Source of the DNA: a virus
DNA length: 64,000 nt
Strand: one strand, 5' to 3'
Virus record (IMG/VR): IMGVR_UViG_3300048587_000983
Positions 47,257 through 57,700 of this stretch are shown one piece after another (position 1 is the first letter of the stretch; the number at the start of each line of letters is the position of its first letter). A program made the translations under genes and the position numbers. The notes beneath the pieces were generated by a model. It had not been told where the DNA came from and ran no database searches. It was given only the letters and a program-made list of their open reading frames with translations.

Positions 47257-50200
47257 TTACCTCCTAAGCTGTGCTGAAAGCGCCTGGAGCGCTGTGAGAA
47301 TTTGAAGGTTGATGTTCATCTGAAGCTGCATCTGCTCCTCGCCGGTACCCTTCTCTGTTTCACGAAGGCCGCCAGCAGGTGCTGCCGTGACCACGTCACC
47401 GGCCAGCTGCGAGGTGAACTGAGTGAAGGCCTGCTCGGCTGCAGCAGCCGCGCCTCCCTTGCCTGTAAAGGTGTCGGCGAGCCGGGCAATCTGCTCTTCG
47501 CTCACGCCGGGGAGATTTTTCATGCCTTTTTTGAAAAGCTCTTTTCTCTTTTCTGGACTCTCGGCTGCCTGTATAGCCTGACTTTCCTGAAGGTCCATAA
47601 TGCGTTTTTGGACGTCACGCTGCTGAAGAAGCGCGCGTCCTGTATTGGTTTCGCGCAGAAGCTTCACGTCATCTTCCGGAAGATCGACGAGATCCTGAGG
47701 CCTGGCCGACTGAAGACGGGTCAGTGTCGCACGAGCGCGCTCTTGATCGGGAAGGGCCATCTGGCTCGTTTTGAGGTCGATGTCGAGCGATCCGGCGAGC
47801 GTTTCCATACCGCGACGCACCTGGGTTCGCGCGATCTCGCCGGCAGCCCTCTGCACGATACCAGCCTCGCGGACAAAGCTGTCATCCCGCATGAAACGCG
47901 CCAAGGCCTGGGATATCTGGCCCGAGGTTTGGTTGTTGAAAACCCCCTGCCGCTGGGCCTCGGCGCTTTGAACGCGCATCGCCTGATCCAAAAGCCGCTC
48001 GGACTCTTTCGGGTCACTATCCTTTTTGGCTCTTGCAAGAGAGACGAGGTTGAAAGCTTCGGGTGAGAACTCAAAGCCCAGCCTCCCGGTGGCGGTCGTC
48101 CTTGCCTCTTCAATGTCGCGGAGATTCTGCGTATGCTCCTCGACCGCGACTGCGCTATCGACCGTTTGAAGGGAAATGGCGCCCCGTCTCGCGTTTTCAA
48201 GAGTCTCTTTCATTTGCGGGAATGCCTGCGCTTCAAGAAGAAGGCCCGCGTACTCCTGCCTTGAAAGCTTGGAAAAGTCCTTCCCGTAGGTCGCCTGCGC
48301 GATCTGGTTGACGTTCGAGTAGGAGCTCACCTTTCTTTGCCGAAGAGCACTGGCAAGGCCGGGCTCCACGTTTTTAAGCTGGCCCTCATCCTTCATCTTT
48401 TGAGCTTCGGAGACAGTCATGAGGGCGTTCCGCGAAGCAGCCACGGCTCTTTCAAGCTCGGCCCTTTGCACCACGGTTTTTGAACCGAAGGTCCCTTTGT
48501 CGATAATGAGCTGCTCAGCCGTTGCCGTCTCGGACTGCCCAAGAGTTTTTGCTTCAAGACCGAAGTCCCGAAGAAGCCCATCCTCCAGGGCGTCGGCGAG
48601 TTTTTCACCTGCTGACTTTGAAAGAAAGGCGCCGCCCTGATCGATATCAAGGGCACGGCGCTGCCGGCGCGGAGTTCTTGGGTCAAGCTCAGCCGTTCCC
48701 GCAAACGAGGTGTAATCGACCCCGCTGACATCAGCGCGCACGATGCCAACCGTCTGGCGCTGATAAAAGTCCATCGTCCGTTCCTGCATGCGGTCAATGT
48801 AGTTGCTCATCGGAGCCACGACCTGATCCGCCACACTCTTCACGGCATCGGACACCCGGTCCTTGGCGCGGAAAAGAAGGAAGTTGGACTGCGCCTCCTC
48901 TTCGAGCGTCCGAAGCCGCGTGGCCTGTGCCCCTGCCTGACGCGCGTCGAACTCGCCTTGCGCGTTCTTCATGCTCGCAATGCGCGTTTCGATCTCGGGG
49001 TTGCTCATCCCCATCTCCTGGAAGCTAAAGCGGAGCGCATCCTGCATGTTTCTCGTTGCGCCCGACTGCACCATGTAAGTGGCTCTCGACATGGCCTCCA
49101 TGTTCTGCATCATCTGAAGGCCCATGCCGCCCATTTCGGAACCGGCCTTTGAGAGAAACTTCTCCTGATTGGCCTGGTAGGCAATGAGGGCTTCCGGCGT
49201 TCCGATGTTTTTCGTCGCCTGGAGGGCAAGGTCGTTATAGTTGAAATTGCCGCCCATCATGGCCTCACGGAAGGCGCTCTGGTTAAAGCCTCCCTTGCCA
49301 AAGAAGGTGGCGGCGAAACCGCGACCAAGAGCCGACTGCGCGAACTGCAGCCCGCTCGCCGTCATGCGCGCGGCGAGAGCCTCCTCACCACCTGCCTGGC
49401 TGACGGCCTCCTGCGATAAGAGCTGGGCATCCCGCGAAGCCCGTACAGAGGCGAGGTTCATCACGCTCGCCTGATAGCCAATCGACATCTGAACGCCGGT
49501 GCCACGAAACATCTCAGCGCCCTGAAGACCGAGCCCCATGACCTCCTGGGCCGTCCTTCCCGTGGCGCGACCTATCGCGTCCGACATCTGCGCAAGCTGC
49601 GGGACGCCGGCCGCCTCGACGCCAATGCCTTTGAAGTCCTTTATGATTTTCATGCCATCTTCGAGGGTCGTCTGAAAGACCTTGGTGACGGTCTTCACGC
49701 TATCGACGAGGTCTTTGAATTTCTTTTTGAAGTTGTCCATGGTGTTGGCACCCTGGAACATGCCGAGCTGTGTGCCCTGCTCGAGTATCCGGCTAAGGTC
49801 CTCGGTTGCGAGGGTGGGGTCAGCGATATCCATGCCGCGGATCATCTCAACCGCACGCTGTCGGCTGCCGATGCTCATGCCGCTGCCGGTCCGCGGGTCA
49901 GCCATGGGACTGCCTGCGCCAACGTAGCGAAAGGATGTCGATTCCAGATAATTGCTGATCTGACGCCTTTGCGCCAGGGCGTCATTGATGTAATCCGCCC
50001 CGGCAAGGCCGAGGGCATACCCTCCAAAGGCTGCCCCCATAAAACGCCCCGCAGCTGAGCCTACCGGCCCCAGGGCCGATCCGAGAAAGCCACCGGCTGC
50101 CCCGGCCACCGCAGAACCCGCCGTGGCTCCTACGGCCAGCCCGAGCCCCGTGGTGGCTCCGGCCATCAGGCCGCCACCGACCCTTTCCCCGAAATCGGAG

Positions 50201-50559
50201 GCCTGGCGAAGGCCGTAGTCATAGGAGTAGGCCCCCCTGGGCGCATCATTGAACCCCATCGTCCCCGTAAGCCCACGGAAAAAGCCGGTCTGCTGGACCG
50301 CCTGACCGTAGTAGCCGACGTTGACCCGGGCGGGCGGGGTGTAGGTTACAGGCCTTATCATGCCGCCGAGATCCGAGAACATATTGCGAACGCCGCCATA
50401 GGCCCCGCCGGCGACCGTGCCTGCACCGGTCATCATGTAGGCAGGGATGTCCCCATAGGACGCCCGCATGCCCGTGAAATTCGCCTGCTCGTTGCCATAC
50501 ATTTGCATTTCATCAGGCGATTGATTGCCGTAATAGAGGGATGGGTCGCCGTAGGGCAT
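47257..50559 (-). CDS. Tail tape measure protein (1100 aa)
   Basis: Ala/Gly/Gln/Met-rich helical protein with GG.LG..LGP.G stretch; immediately downstream of the frameshifted chaperone pair. Confidence 0.8.
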   Translation of the reverse strand: MPYGDPSLYYGNQSPDEMQMYGNEQANFTGMRASYGDIPAYMMTGAGTVAGGAYGGVRNMFSDLGGMIRPVTYTPPARVNVGYYGQAVQQTGFFRGLTGTMGFNDAPRGAYSYDYGLRQASDFGERVGGGLMAGATTGLGLAVGATAGSAVAGAAGGFLGSALGPVGSAAGRFMGAAFGGYALGLAGADYINDALAQRRQISNYLESTSFRYVGAGSPMADPRTGSGMSIGSRQRAVEMIRGMDIADPTLATEDLSRILEQGTQLGMFQGANTMDNFKKKFKDLVDSVKTVTKVFQTTLEDGMKIIKDFKGIGVEAAGVPQLAQMSDAIGRATGRTAQEVMGLGLQGAEMFRGTGVQMSIGYQASVMNLASVRASRDAQLLSQEAVSQAGGEEALAARMTASGLQFAQSALGRGFAATFFGKGGFNQSAFREAMMGGNFNYNDLALQATKNIGTPEALIAYQANQEKFLSKAGSEMGGMGLQMMQNMEAMSRATYMVQSGATRNMQDALRFSFQEMGMSNPEIETRIASMKNAQGEFDARQAGAQATRLRTLEEEAQSNFLLFRAKDRVSDAVKSVADQVVAPMSNYIDRMQERTMDFYQRQTVGIVRADVSGVDYTSFAGTAELDPRTPRRQRRALDIDQGGAFLSKSAGEKLADALEDGLLRDFGLEAKTLGQSETATAEQLIIDKGTFGSKTVVQRAELERAVAASRNALMTVSEAQKMKDEGQLKNVEPGLASALRQRKVSSYSNVNQIAQATYGKDFSKLSRQEYAGLLLEAQAFPQMKETLENARRGAISLQTVDSAVAVEEHTQNLRDIEEARTTATGRLGFEFSPEAFNLVSLARAKKDSDPKESERLLDQAMRVQSAEAQRQGVFNNQTSGQISQALARFMRDDSFVREAGIVQRAAGEIARTQVRRGMETLAGSLDIDLKTSQMALPDQERARATLTRLQSARPQDLVDLPEDDVKLLRETNTGRALLQQRDVQKRIMDLQESQAIQAAESPEKRKELFKKGMKNLPGVSEEQIARLADTFTGKGGAAAAAEQAFTQFTSQLAGDVVTAAPAGGLRETEKGTGEEQMQLQMNINLQILTALQALSAQLRR

Positions 50560-50562
50560 GGG

Positions 50563-50985
50563 CTACTCCTGACTTTTTTTGGCCAGCGCACGCTTTCTTT
50601 TCTTGCCGGACTGCGGACGAATGCTTATCGGGCCTTTCGCCACTTCTCTTTCCAGCGTTTCCTTGATCCGGTTGATTTTCTTCTCTGCCTCGAAACTGTC
50701 TTCGGGCAAAAGAAGCTGCCGGAGCGCTGACATAACTTCACCCATCTGCTTGCCAGCCTTGTCGTCGCCGGGCTGGTTGGCGAGGGTCTGAATGATTTTA
50801 TTGCCTGTCGATATAATAGCACTGACGACCGAGAGAACGCTGTAAAAGCGGATCTGCTGCTCTCTGTCGTGGGCAAGCATCGCAAGACTTTCATCGGTGC
50901 TGCCGTATGGAATTTTGAGCCCCCGATAAGCGAACTCCAATCGTGCGAGCCCGCGCGGAGTCTGGAGGGCTCTTTTTAAAAATTT
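50563..50985 (-). CDS. -1 frameshift extension of the tail assembly chaperone (GT-like)
   Basis: Open -1 frame overlapping the chaperone stop and ending 3 nt before the tape measure start. The fusion would be about 370 aa. Confidence 0.7.
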   Translation of the reverse strand, partial: KFLKRALQTPRGLARLEFAYRGLKIPYGSTDESLAMLAHDREQQIRFYSVLSVVSAIISTGNKIIQTLANQPGDDKAGKQMGEVMSALRQLLLPEDSFEAEKKINRIKETLEREVAKGPISIRPQSGKKRKRALAKKSQE

Positions 50986-51677
50986 GCCTTGGGGTCCTCG
51001 ACGATCGCAGCGATCGCCCACCCCATCACCTGAACCGTGCGTATGATCTTGTTGATGACGGCCGGCGAAAGCTGCTTCAGCATCTTCTGCCGCTCGCGTG
51101 CAAGCTCCTTGATATCGGCTTCGCCATCCTTGCTTCGCTTGACCTTGGCGATCTCGCGGCCGTTGATTTCAATGACGGCAAAGGCCACGGTCCAAAGCTC
51201 GCGCCGCACCTGAAAGCCGGCGGTCGTGCCTTTGATGCTTTCAATGTCCTCGGCCACAAGCTCGTCGACCGTATTATATTCGTCAGGGGTGAGGGTTTTG
51301 ATCTTGGCCACCATGGGCTTGACTGAGCCGAGAGCCGGCGTCAGCTCCACGTTTTTTTCGACGAAGCCGCGATAGAGAACGCTATGAAAGTCCTCATCGG
51401 TCATCGTAATGCCGACGCTGGCAAGAGCCTTGCGGGGCGACATGCGCGTAAAATCAAGCGGGTCCTGCGATTTTGTCTCCTTGGCGGTTTCCGGCTCCTC
51501 GCTTTGAGCCTCGCCCTCTTCCGCCTCCTGCTCCTCGCCTTCATCTTCGCCTTCAGCGTCGGGCGGCATATTTTGAGAGTCGCGTTTCTCGACGAAAGAC
51601 TTATGCGCTTCCTTCATCTGGTCAGGAATGCCAAAAGAGCCGGAAATTCTGCTCCGGCTTGACCCGTGAGTCTTCAT
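50976..51677 (-). CDS. Tail assembly chaperone (G-like), about 233 aa
   Basis: Acidic N-terminus; ends ...DPKANF* on a slippery heptamer; upstream of the tape measure gene. ATG 51677 used. Confidence 0.7.
   Translation of the reverse strand: MKTHGSSRSRISGSFGIPDQMKEAHKSFVEKRDSQNMPPDAEGEDEGEEQEAEEGEAQSEEPETAKETKSQDPLDFTRMSPRKALASVGITMTDEDFHSVLYRGFVEKNVELTPALGSVKPMVAKIKTLTPDEYNTVDELVAEDIESIKGTTAGFQVRRELWTVAFAVIEINGREIAKVKRSKDGEADIKELARERQKMLKQLSPAVINKIIRTVQVMGWAIAAIVEDPKANF
50979..50985 (-). promoter_or_regulatory. Programmed -1 ribosomal frameshift heptamer A AAT TTT
   Basis: Minus strand GC-A-AAT-TTT-TAA: in-frame X XXY YYZ heptamer immediately before the stop, opening into the -1 ORF. Confidence 0.75.
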
Positions 51678-51691
51678 AAAATCGCTCCGCA

Positions 51692-51700
51692 TGGTATAAG
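51692..51700 (+). promoter_or_regulatory. Putative extended -10 promoter (TG-g-TATAAG) in the divergent gap
   Basis: Lies in the 57-nt gap between divergent gene blocks, upstream of an SD (GAGGT) and ATG 51735. Confidence 0.4.
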
Positions 51701-51734
51701 AGTTTGTCAGAAATCCTACAGCATGAGGTCCCCA

Positions 51735-52274
51735 ATGGCAACCGCTACTCCAGTCAAGCTCTGTCCGCGATGCGAAGAGGCTTTGCCCGATCCGAGGCCC
51801 CTAAAATGCCCACACTGCCAAACGTCTCTTTCAGCTGAGAAAAAGCCGGCCTCCAGATTTTTCGAGTGCCCGGACTATCTCGCCTTTCAAAAGGACGATG
51901 CCATTAAACTCGGCGACCTCAAGCCCGGACAGCAGTCCCCAGCGGAGGCCTTGAAGAGAATTGCAGAGGCACGCGATGATCTGACAAACTTCGTGCGTGA
52001 GGCGGAGCCCGAGGTTCTGGCCGCCGCGCTGTTCGATGCTCATCTCATCCTGAGCCACGCCCTTCACTCGAGAATTGATGGGCCAAGACTCAAAAGAATT
52101 GTCGCCTCAGCACGAGCGATAGGAAAACTTGCCGAAACCATAGACCAGTACATTAAAGCGGGAGGAAGTTTATACGATGATGGAAAAACAGGAGAGGCTG
52201 GACAGGTATTTTCCGCCTCTGAAAGTCCTGGCGGGGGTGCGACAGCAACTGCTGGCGGACGGGTGCCCACCTGA
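51735..52274 (+). CDS. Hypothetical protein with N-terminal Zn-ribbon
   Basis: Start reassigned to ATG 51735 after the SD; CPRC...CPHC. Confidence 0.7.
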   Translation: MATATPVKLCPRCEEALPDPRPLKCPHCQTSLSAEKKPASRFFECPDYLAFQKDDAIKLGDLKPGQQSPAEALKRIAEARDDLTNFVREAEPEVLAAALFDAHLILSHALHSRIDGPRLKRIVASARAIGKLAETIDQYIKAGGSLYDDGKTGEAGQVFSASESPGGGATATAGGRVPT

Positions 52275-52827
52275 GGTTATTCCGGAGCGCTGGCTGCCAA
52301 CAATATTAGCGGCGACCTTTAAATGGATGCAGACCACAGAAGACGGCCTTGAATTTGGGGGCCGTCTTTTTCATTTTGAGATTGAAAGGGGGCTCGACGA
52401 AAGGCAGTACGAAGTTACCACCCACGAAAAGTGCTCAGGCTGGGATTTATGCCTCAATATGGAGCACTGCGCCCCGGGCGGTCAATCGATCCCGGTGCGA
52501 TGCCTGCGCGAACTCCAGGAAAATGTCAAGCCAGTAAAATCAAGGGATATATACTTTTACCAGGGGTGCATCGCTGAAAGGCGCCCCGTTCCGATTTCTT
52601 CGGTACACTATCATGAAAAGCCCAAGGGCATCTGCGAAGGGTGCAGCATAACGTCCCATTGCCTGACAGAAGTGAAGAGGGCATACTCGGGAACTATCAC
52701 CAATCTATGCAATCATTGCGTCAGCTACAGCGAAAGCGCGCAGGTCCGCTCCGAGGGAGACCCCTCCTTATGCGATGAGTGCACAGTTGAAAAGTGCATG
52801 CACCACCCGCGTCGCGGTCTTTCATAG
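52177..52827 (+). CDS. Cys-rich hypothetical protein
   Basis: 216 aa with multiple CxxC motifs (CEGC, CNHC, CDEC). Overlaps the previous ORF by 98 nt, so the start is uncertain. Confidence 0.6.
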   Translation: MMEKQERLDRYFPPLKVLAGVRQQLLADGCPPEVIPERWLPTILAATFKWMQTTEDGLEFGGRLFHFEIERGLDERQYEVTTHEKCSGWDLCLNMEHCAPGGQSIPVRCLRELQENVKPVKSRDIYFYQGCIAERRPVPISSVHYHEKPKGICEGCSITSHCLTEVKRAYSGTITNLCNHCVSYSESAQVRSEGDPSLCDECTVEKCMHHPRRGLS

Positions 52828-52861
52828 GCGCAGGCTGCCGGTAAACGAGAAAGGGCTTTGA

Positions 52862-54733
52862 ATGCGGGTCTCGGTAACCTTTTGGAAAGATGCCATCCTT
52901 CTTCACTGGGACAAAATCCTTCCGCCCGAACTGCAAAAAGCCTACGAAGATCTGGACGAAACGGAAAAAGAGAAATGGGACCCCTTCGAGGCGATCCGCG
53001 TTTACTGGCGCTCGGTCGGTGCCTACGCGCGGTTCTCCGAGAAGCGGAAAATGTTCGTAATGACGTTTTCCGGCCAGAACCTCTTTCGGCTCAAAAAGCA
53101 GTTTGGCGACTTCGAGGTGTCAGGCGGCCGCGAAAAATTGAATGAGATTCGATCAAAATTTGAAGAGTTTCGGGCGATGCGCGCCGCTGCGCTTCGCATC
53201 AAGCAGGACCCATCGCCCGAGCCTCTTCCCTTCAAATGCCCACCCCGCGGGCTCTACCAGCATCAAGCCATCGTCTTCCTTTTAAACATGCGCGCAGCCG
53301 GGCTTTTCGCCGACTGCGGCCTTGGAAAGACGTACATGGTCCTTGTCTCAACCGAGATCCAGATCAATGCTGGAACCGTCGGGCGGGGCAAAACGCTCAT
53401 CTGCGGCAAGCTTATGACCCTCGAAACGGGCTGGCTTGAGGATGCGAAAAAATTCACAAACCTTAAGGTCGTCATGCTCTGGCTGCCGCCAGGCACGAAG
53501 AGAAAGGAAAAGCTCCGAAAGCTCCTGGCGGAGGAGGCTGACGTTTACGTCATCAACCACGAAGGGGTTCCCGTACTCGAAGAGGAGCTAGTGGCGAAGG
53601 AGTTTGAGAAGGTCGTGGTCGACGAGAGCACGGTTCTTCAGGGCTATCACGGCGAGCTCTCCAAATCCGGCAAGATCGGCAAATCCCTTCTTCGGGTCGC
53701 AGCCAAAGCCAGCTGGCGCGTGATCATGTCGGGAACACCGGCCAGCAATGGCATCGAGGGGCTGTGGGGCCAGTTTTATTTTATCGATCCGAACGGCTTT
53801 CTACTGGAGCCGAACTTTCACGACTTCAGAACGACCTTCATGGACCAGGTCTACGTGGGCTCGCGCGAGCGCAGCCCGTCCCTTCCAGGGATGCCTGCGA
53901 AAGAGCCCATTGAAATGAAAAAGTGGGTTCAACTGAAGGGCTCCGCCGAGAAAGTGGCCTCCATCATAAACCCCTACGTCTTTAGGGCGGAGCTTAGGGA
54001 GCACCTGAAGGACCTGCCTCCTCTGACAACCATCATCCGCAAGGTACCGATGGATAAAAAGCAGGAGCTCCACTACGAGGAGATGCGCAAAAGCCTCAGC
54101 ACCATCGTCAACGACGAATTCATTTCAGTGGACCAGAAGCTTCATGCCATCATGAAACTCCGCCAGATAACCGGCGGCTTTCTCATCGATCAGACCGACA
54201 CAGTGCACCCGCTTGCCGTCAATCCAAAGATGGAGGCGCTTGACGTGCTGATCGACGAGGAAATCGACTCAAGCAAAAAGGTCATTATCTATGCCGAGTA
54301 TGTCTATGAAATAGAAGAGATCGTTCGGCGGTATAAGAAGCATGGAATTGTTTCCGTCTACGGCGGCAACAGCGGGGCGCAAAACCTCGCCAACGTCAAA
54401 GCCTTCATAAACGATCCCGCCATCCGGCTCGCGGTGCTTCACCCGAAGTCCGCCGCTCACGGGATCACGTTCGTAAACGCTCACTACATGATCTTTTATT
54501 CGCAAAGCTATTCGGCAGAAAACAACTACCAGTGCGTCAAGCGCATCGAAAGAGGGGGTCAGCAGCATGCCATGTTCGTTTATTATCTTTTGGCAAAGCG
54601 CCAGTATTCAAAGTCGCCCTCCATCGATGAGGACATCCATCAGGTCGTCAAAGACAAGCTCTCCGCCCAGAGCGAACTCATCTCTCAGCAACAATCAATA
54701 AACACGACGCTCCTTAACGCTTATCGGGGATAA
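52862..54733 (+). CDS. SNF2-family (SF2) helicase/ATPase
   Basis: Motif I LFADCGLGKT, motif II VVDEST, motif III SGTP, KLRQITGGF, and motif VI QCVKRIERGGQ. Confidence 0.9.
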   Translation: MRVSVTFWKDAILLHWDKILPPELQKAYEDLDETEKEKWDPFEAIRVYWRSVGAYARFSEKRKMFVMTFSGQNLFRLKKQFGDFEVSGGREKLNEIRSKFEEFRAMRAAALRIKQDPSPEPLPFKCPPRGLYQHQAIVFLLNMRAAGLFADCGLGKTYMVLVSTEIQINAGTVGRGKTLICGKLMTLETGWLEDAKKFTNLKVVMLWLPPGTKRKEKLRKLLAEEADVYVINHEGVPVLEEELVAKEFEKVVVDESTVLQGYHGELSKSGKIGKSLLRVAAKASWRVIMSGTPASNGIEGLWGQFYFIDPNGFLLEPNFHDFRTTFMDQVYVGSRERSPSLPGMPAKEPIEMKKWVQLKGSAEKVASIINPYVFRAELREHLKDLPPLTTIIRKVPMDKKQELHYEEMRKSLSTIVNDEFISVDQKLHAIMKLRQITGGFLIDQTDTVHPLAVNPKMEALDVLIDEEIDSSKKVIIYAEYVYEIEEIVRRYKKHGIVSVYGGNSGAQNLANVKAFINDPAIRLAVLHPKSAAHGITFVNAHYMIFYSQSYSAENNYQCVKRIERGGQQHAMFVYYLLAKRQYSKSPSIDEDIHQVVKDKLSAQSELISQQQSINTTLLNAYRG

Positions 54734-54737
54734 TCTT

Positions 54738-57700
54738 ATGGATATGGCACGGAAGATCGAAGTTTTTCGCGCGCGCTTTCACGGACGGCAGGACATCTTT
54801 GGCCGCGCAAGGAAGGTCGGCAAGGAAGGCGAAGAGAGAACGGTTTACTCGCCCGTTTGCAATAACATCTGGACCTCCGTCTGCCATATCGAGCGGGGGA
54901 CCGGCGTCCCCTGCAGTGACTGCGAGAACCAGCTGTGGGAGCCGGTCTCAGACCAAAACGTCAAACAGCACATCACGGCTCACCACGTCCACAACTACTA
55001 TCTCGTCCTCGACGAGGGGATGATTCGGTTTGGGGCAATAGACTTCGATTATAAGCCGGGCAAGGAAGCGCAGGGCTATAGCTTTTTCGAGGTGAAAAAG
55101 TTCTGCAAAATCCTTAAAGCGCGCGGCATCGACTACGGCATCGCCCGCAGCACAAACAACGGCTACCACGTCTACGTCTTCTTCAAAGAGCCTTACCCTG
55201 CAGTCCGCTTTCGCGCGGTCATGTCGAAGTTTTTTGAGGCGGCAGGCTTTGACATTTATGTGAAAGAGCGTGCAAAACCGGCCTTCCCCGAGATCTTTCC
55301 CAAGCAGGACTACGTGAGCCAGGGCTTTCTCGGCAACGGCATCACTCCACCCATGATCGAGCCCCTTATGATGAAGGGGAAAAAGTGCTGGGTCGATGAC
55401 AACGATGTCATGATCGGCCAGGAGATCGAAGACGGCCAGGCCATGATCGACGCCCAGTGGGACCATCTCGAAAACCTTCCGTGGGCGGATCCGGCCGCCT
55501 TTGAAAAGATCATCGAGCACTATGCGCTCAAGATCGAGGACATTGCGGTACTGAAGAAAAGAGCTGTGGAGAGCGCCAGTCGGCAGATCGTAGGCGATGG
55601 CAGTGCAAGACCCCACGGGCACATTGAAAAGGTGCTTTATGGGTGCGAGGCTTTCCGTGATCTTACGGCCCGCATCAGAGGCGAAGGCCATGAGCCCTCG
55701 CACGTCGAGGGGATGGCGCTCTGGCATTTGGCTATCAACACCGTCGACGGCAAGGACTGGTTTCAAAAAAACGTCACGACCTGGGGGCGGACGCAGAGCG
55801 AAGCCAAGCAGCTCGAGTTCTCGATCAAAAAGAACTACCGGCCGCATAGCTGCAGCACCATGAAAGAGCAGGGGATCTGCCACAAGCAGGGTCTTTGCAT
55901 TGAGGCGGCGCCCCGCCCCAAGGCAAAACCGGGCGAAGCCGAGATCACTGAAGGTGCGCTCGAAGACCTCAATGAACAGGATCAAAAGGAGTATAACCCC
56001 TACCGCTTTGCCTTTAGCCAAGGCGCGGAGCTTCTTCACGAGCTCACAAAAGGGGCAGACTCGCTTCTTCAGGTTGAGGATCAGCTTCAAAAAGAGGACG
56101 GACTCCGCGAGCTTGCACGGCGAGCCCAGGCCCTCGACAAGCCCAAGGTCAAGCAGTTCAAAGAGTACGTCGATCGCATTCAAAAGCCCCTCAAGGTGCC
56201 AAAGAACAAGATCGGCCCCATGTTCAAAGCCGCCGAGGAAGCCAAGTTCGAGCTGGAAAAGGTCATGCTCGAAGAGGATAGCTCCGTCTACGAGGTGGGC
56301 TCCTATGTTTACAGAAAGCGTTATGGTGGTGGAAAATATGGGTACTACCAGATCACAAAGGGCAAGGACCAGCTCACCGAAACCCTTCTTCTGGAGGTCG
56401 ATATCCTGATCCATGAGGTGCGCTACTACATGGAAGAGAGCGGCATCAGTCGAACGGTCTACCGGGGCATCGTAAAAGACGCCGACGGGGAAAAGTCGTT
56501 TGAGATTGATACCGACGTGTGGTCAACCGATTCGGATTTTGTGAAGTTTTTCACAAAGCTTATAGGCCCGAAGTTTCAGCCCAAACGAAAGCAGATCGAC
56601 GATGTGAAGCAGGCTGTCCTCGGCTGGAGCGAAAAGAAAAACCTCATGCAAAAGGTTTCCTCGCTCCTTACCCAGGGCTTCTATGAGGGGACCTACCTCA
56701 TGCCTTCAGTGACGGTCGACGCCGGCGGGCTTCGCCCGACAAAATCCGGAGTTCTCGACACCTCGCACAAGGACGTTGTCAAAAACCTCGACTGGAAAAT
56801 CCTCGAAGACGACGTTTTCCAGGAGACCCTCCGTCACATCAAAGATGACTTTCTCTCGGCGTGGCCTGATGAGTGGACCTACATCGGCCTTGCCCACGTC
56901 ATGCGGCCCCTTATGATGAAGGTCATGGGCTGGTCTCACTTTCCGACGCTTTTCTACGACGGGCTTTCGGGCATTGGAAAGTCAGAGCTCCTCAAGATCC
57001 TCCAGATGTTCTGGGGCAACTTTTCCTCCCTTGTAAACCTCACGGTCACGCAAAAATACCTCGAAGAGATGGCCCACGAGTTTAACGATGCCTGCCTTGT
57101 TCTCGACGACTTCAAGGGGATTACGCCTCAGCAGAAAAACGCTGTGATGCACCAGATCCAGTATGGCTACGACGGCAGCTCAACGGGAAAACTCAACCGC
57201 GATTCGACGGCGAGAAAGGCCCGGAAAAACCGGGCAACTCTCATCATGTCAGGCGAAGGCTTCATCCAGCATCAGGCGTCCGTTGTGGCCCGAACGCTTC
57301 TCCTTGAGGTCCACCGCTTCAATAACGACATGACCCACGAAGCCTATTTCCGCGTGCAAAAGATGGCGAAAAACTACGCAGGGATCACCCCTCGTTTTCT
57401 TCACTGGCTTTTGGGCCGCGAAGCGAAGATCCTTCAGGATGACTACGAAGCTCTCCGCATAACGCTCTACCGCTTTGCCAAAGGCCGGCAGAACGCGAGC
57501 CGCATTGCCGAGAACGTGGCCGGAAACCACCTGACCTGGAGGCTTTTCACCTCGTTCATGGAGGACTCGGCCGTGATCACAACATCCGAGCGTGACCAGA
57601 TGAACGAGCGGCATTGGGCCATCTGCCAGTCGCTCTATCACCGGATGGTCTTTCGCTGCGAAGAGGAGCAGGAGGCGACCAACTTCAAGTCGATTCTTCT

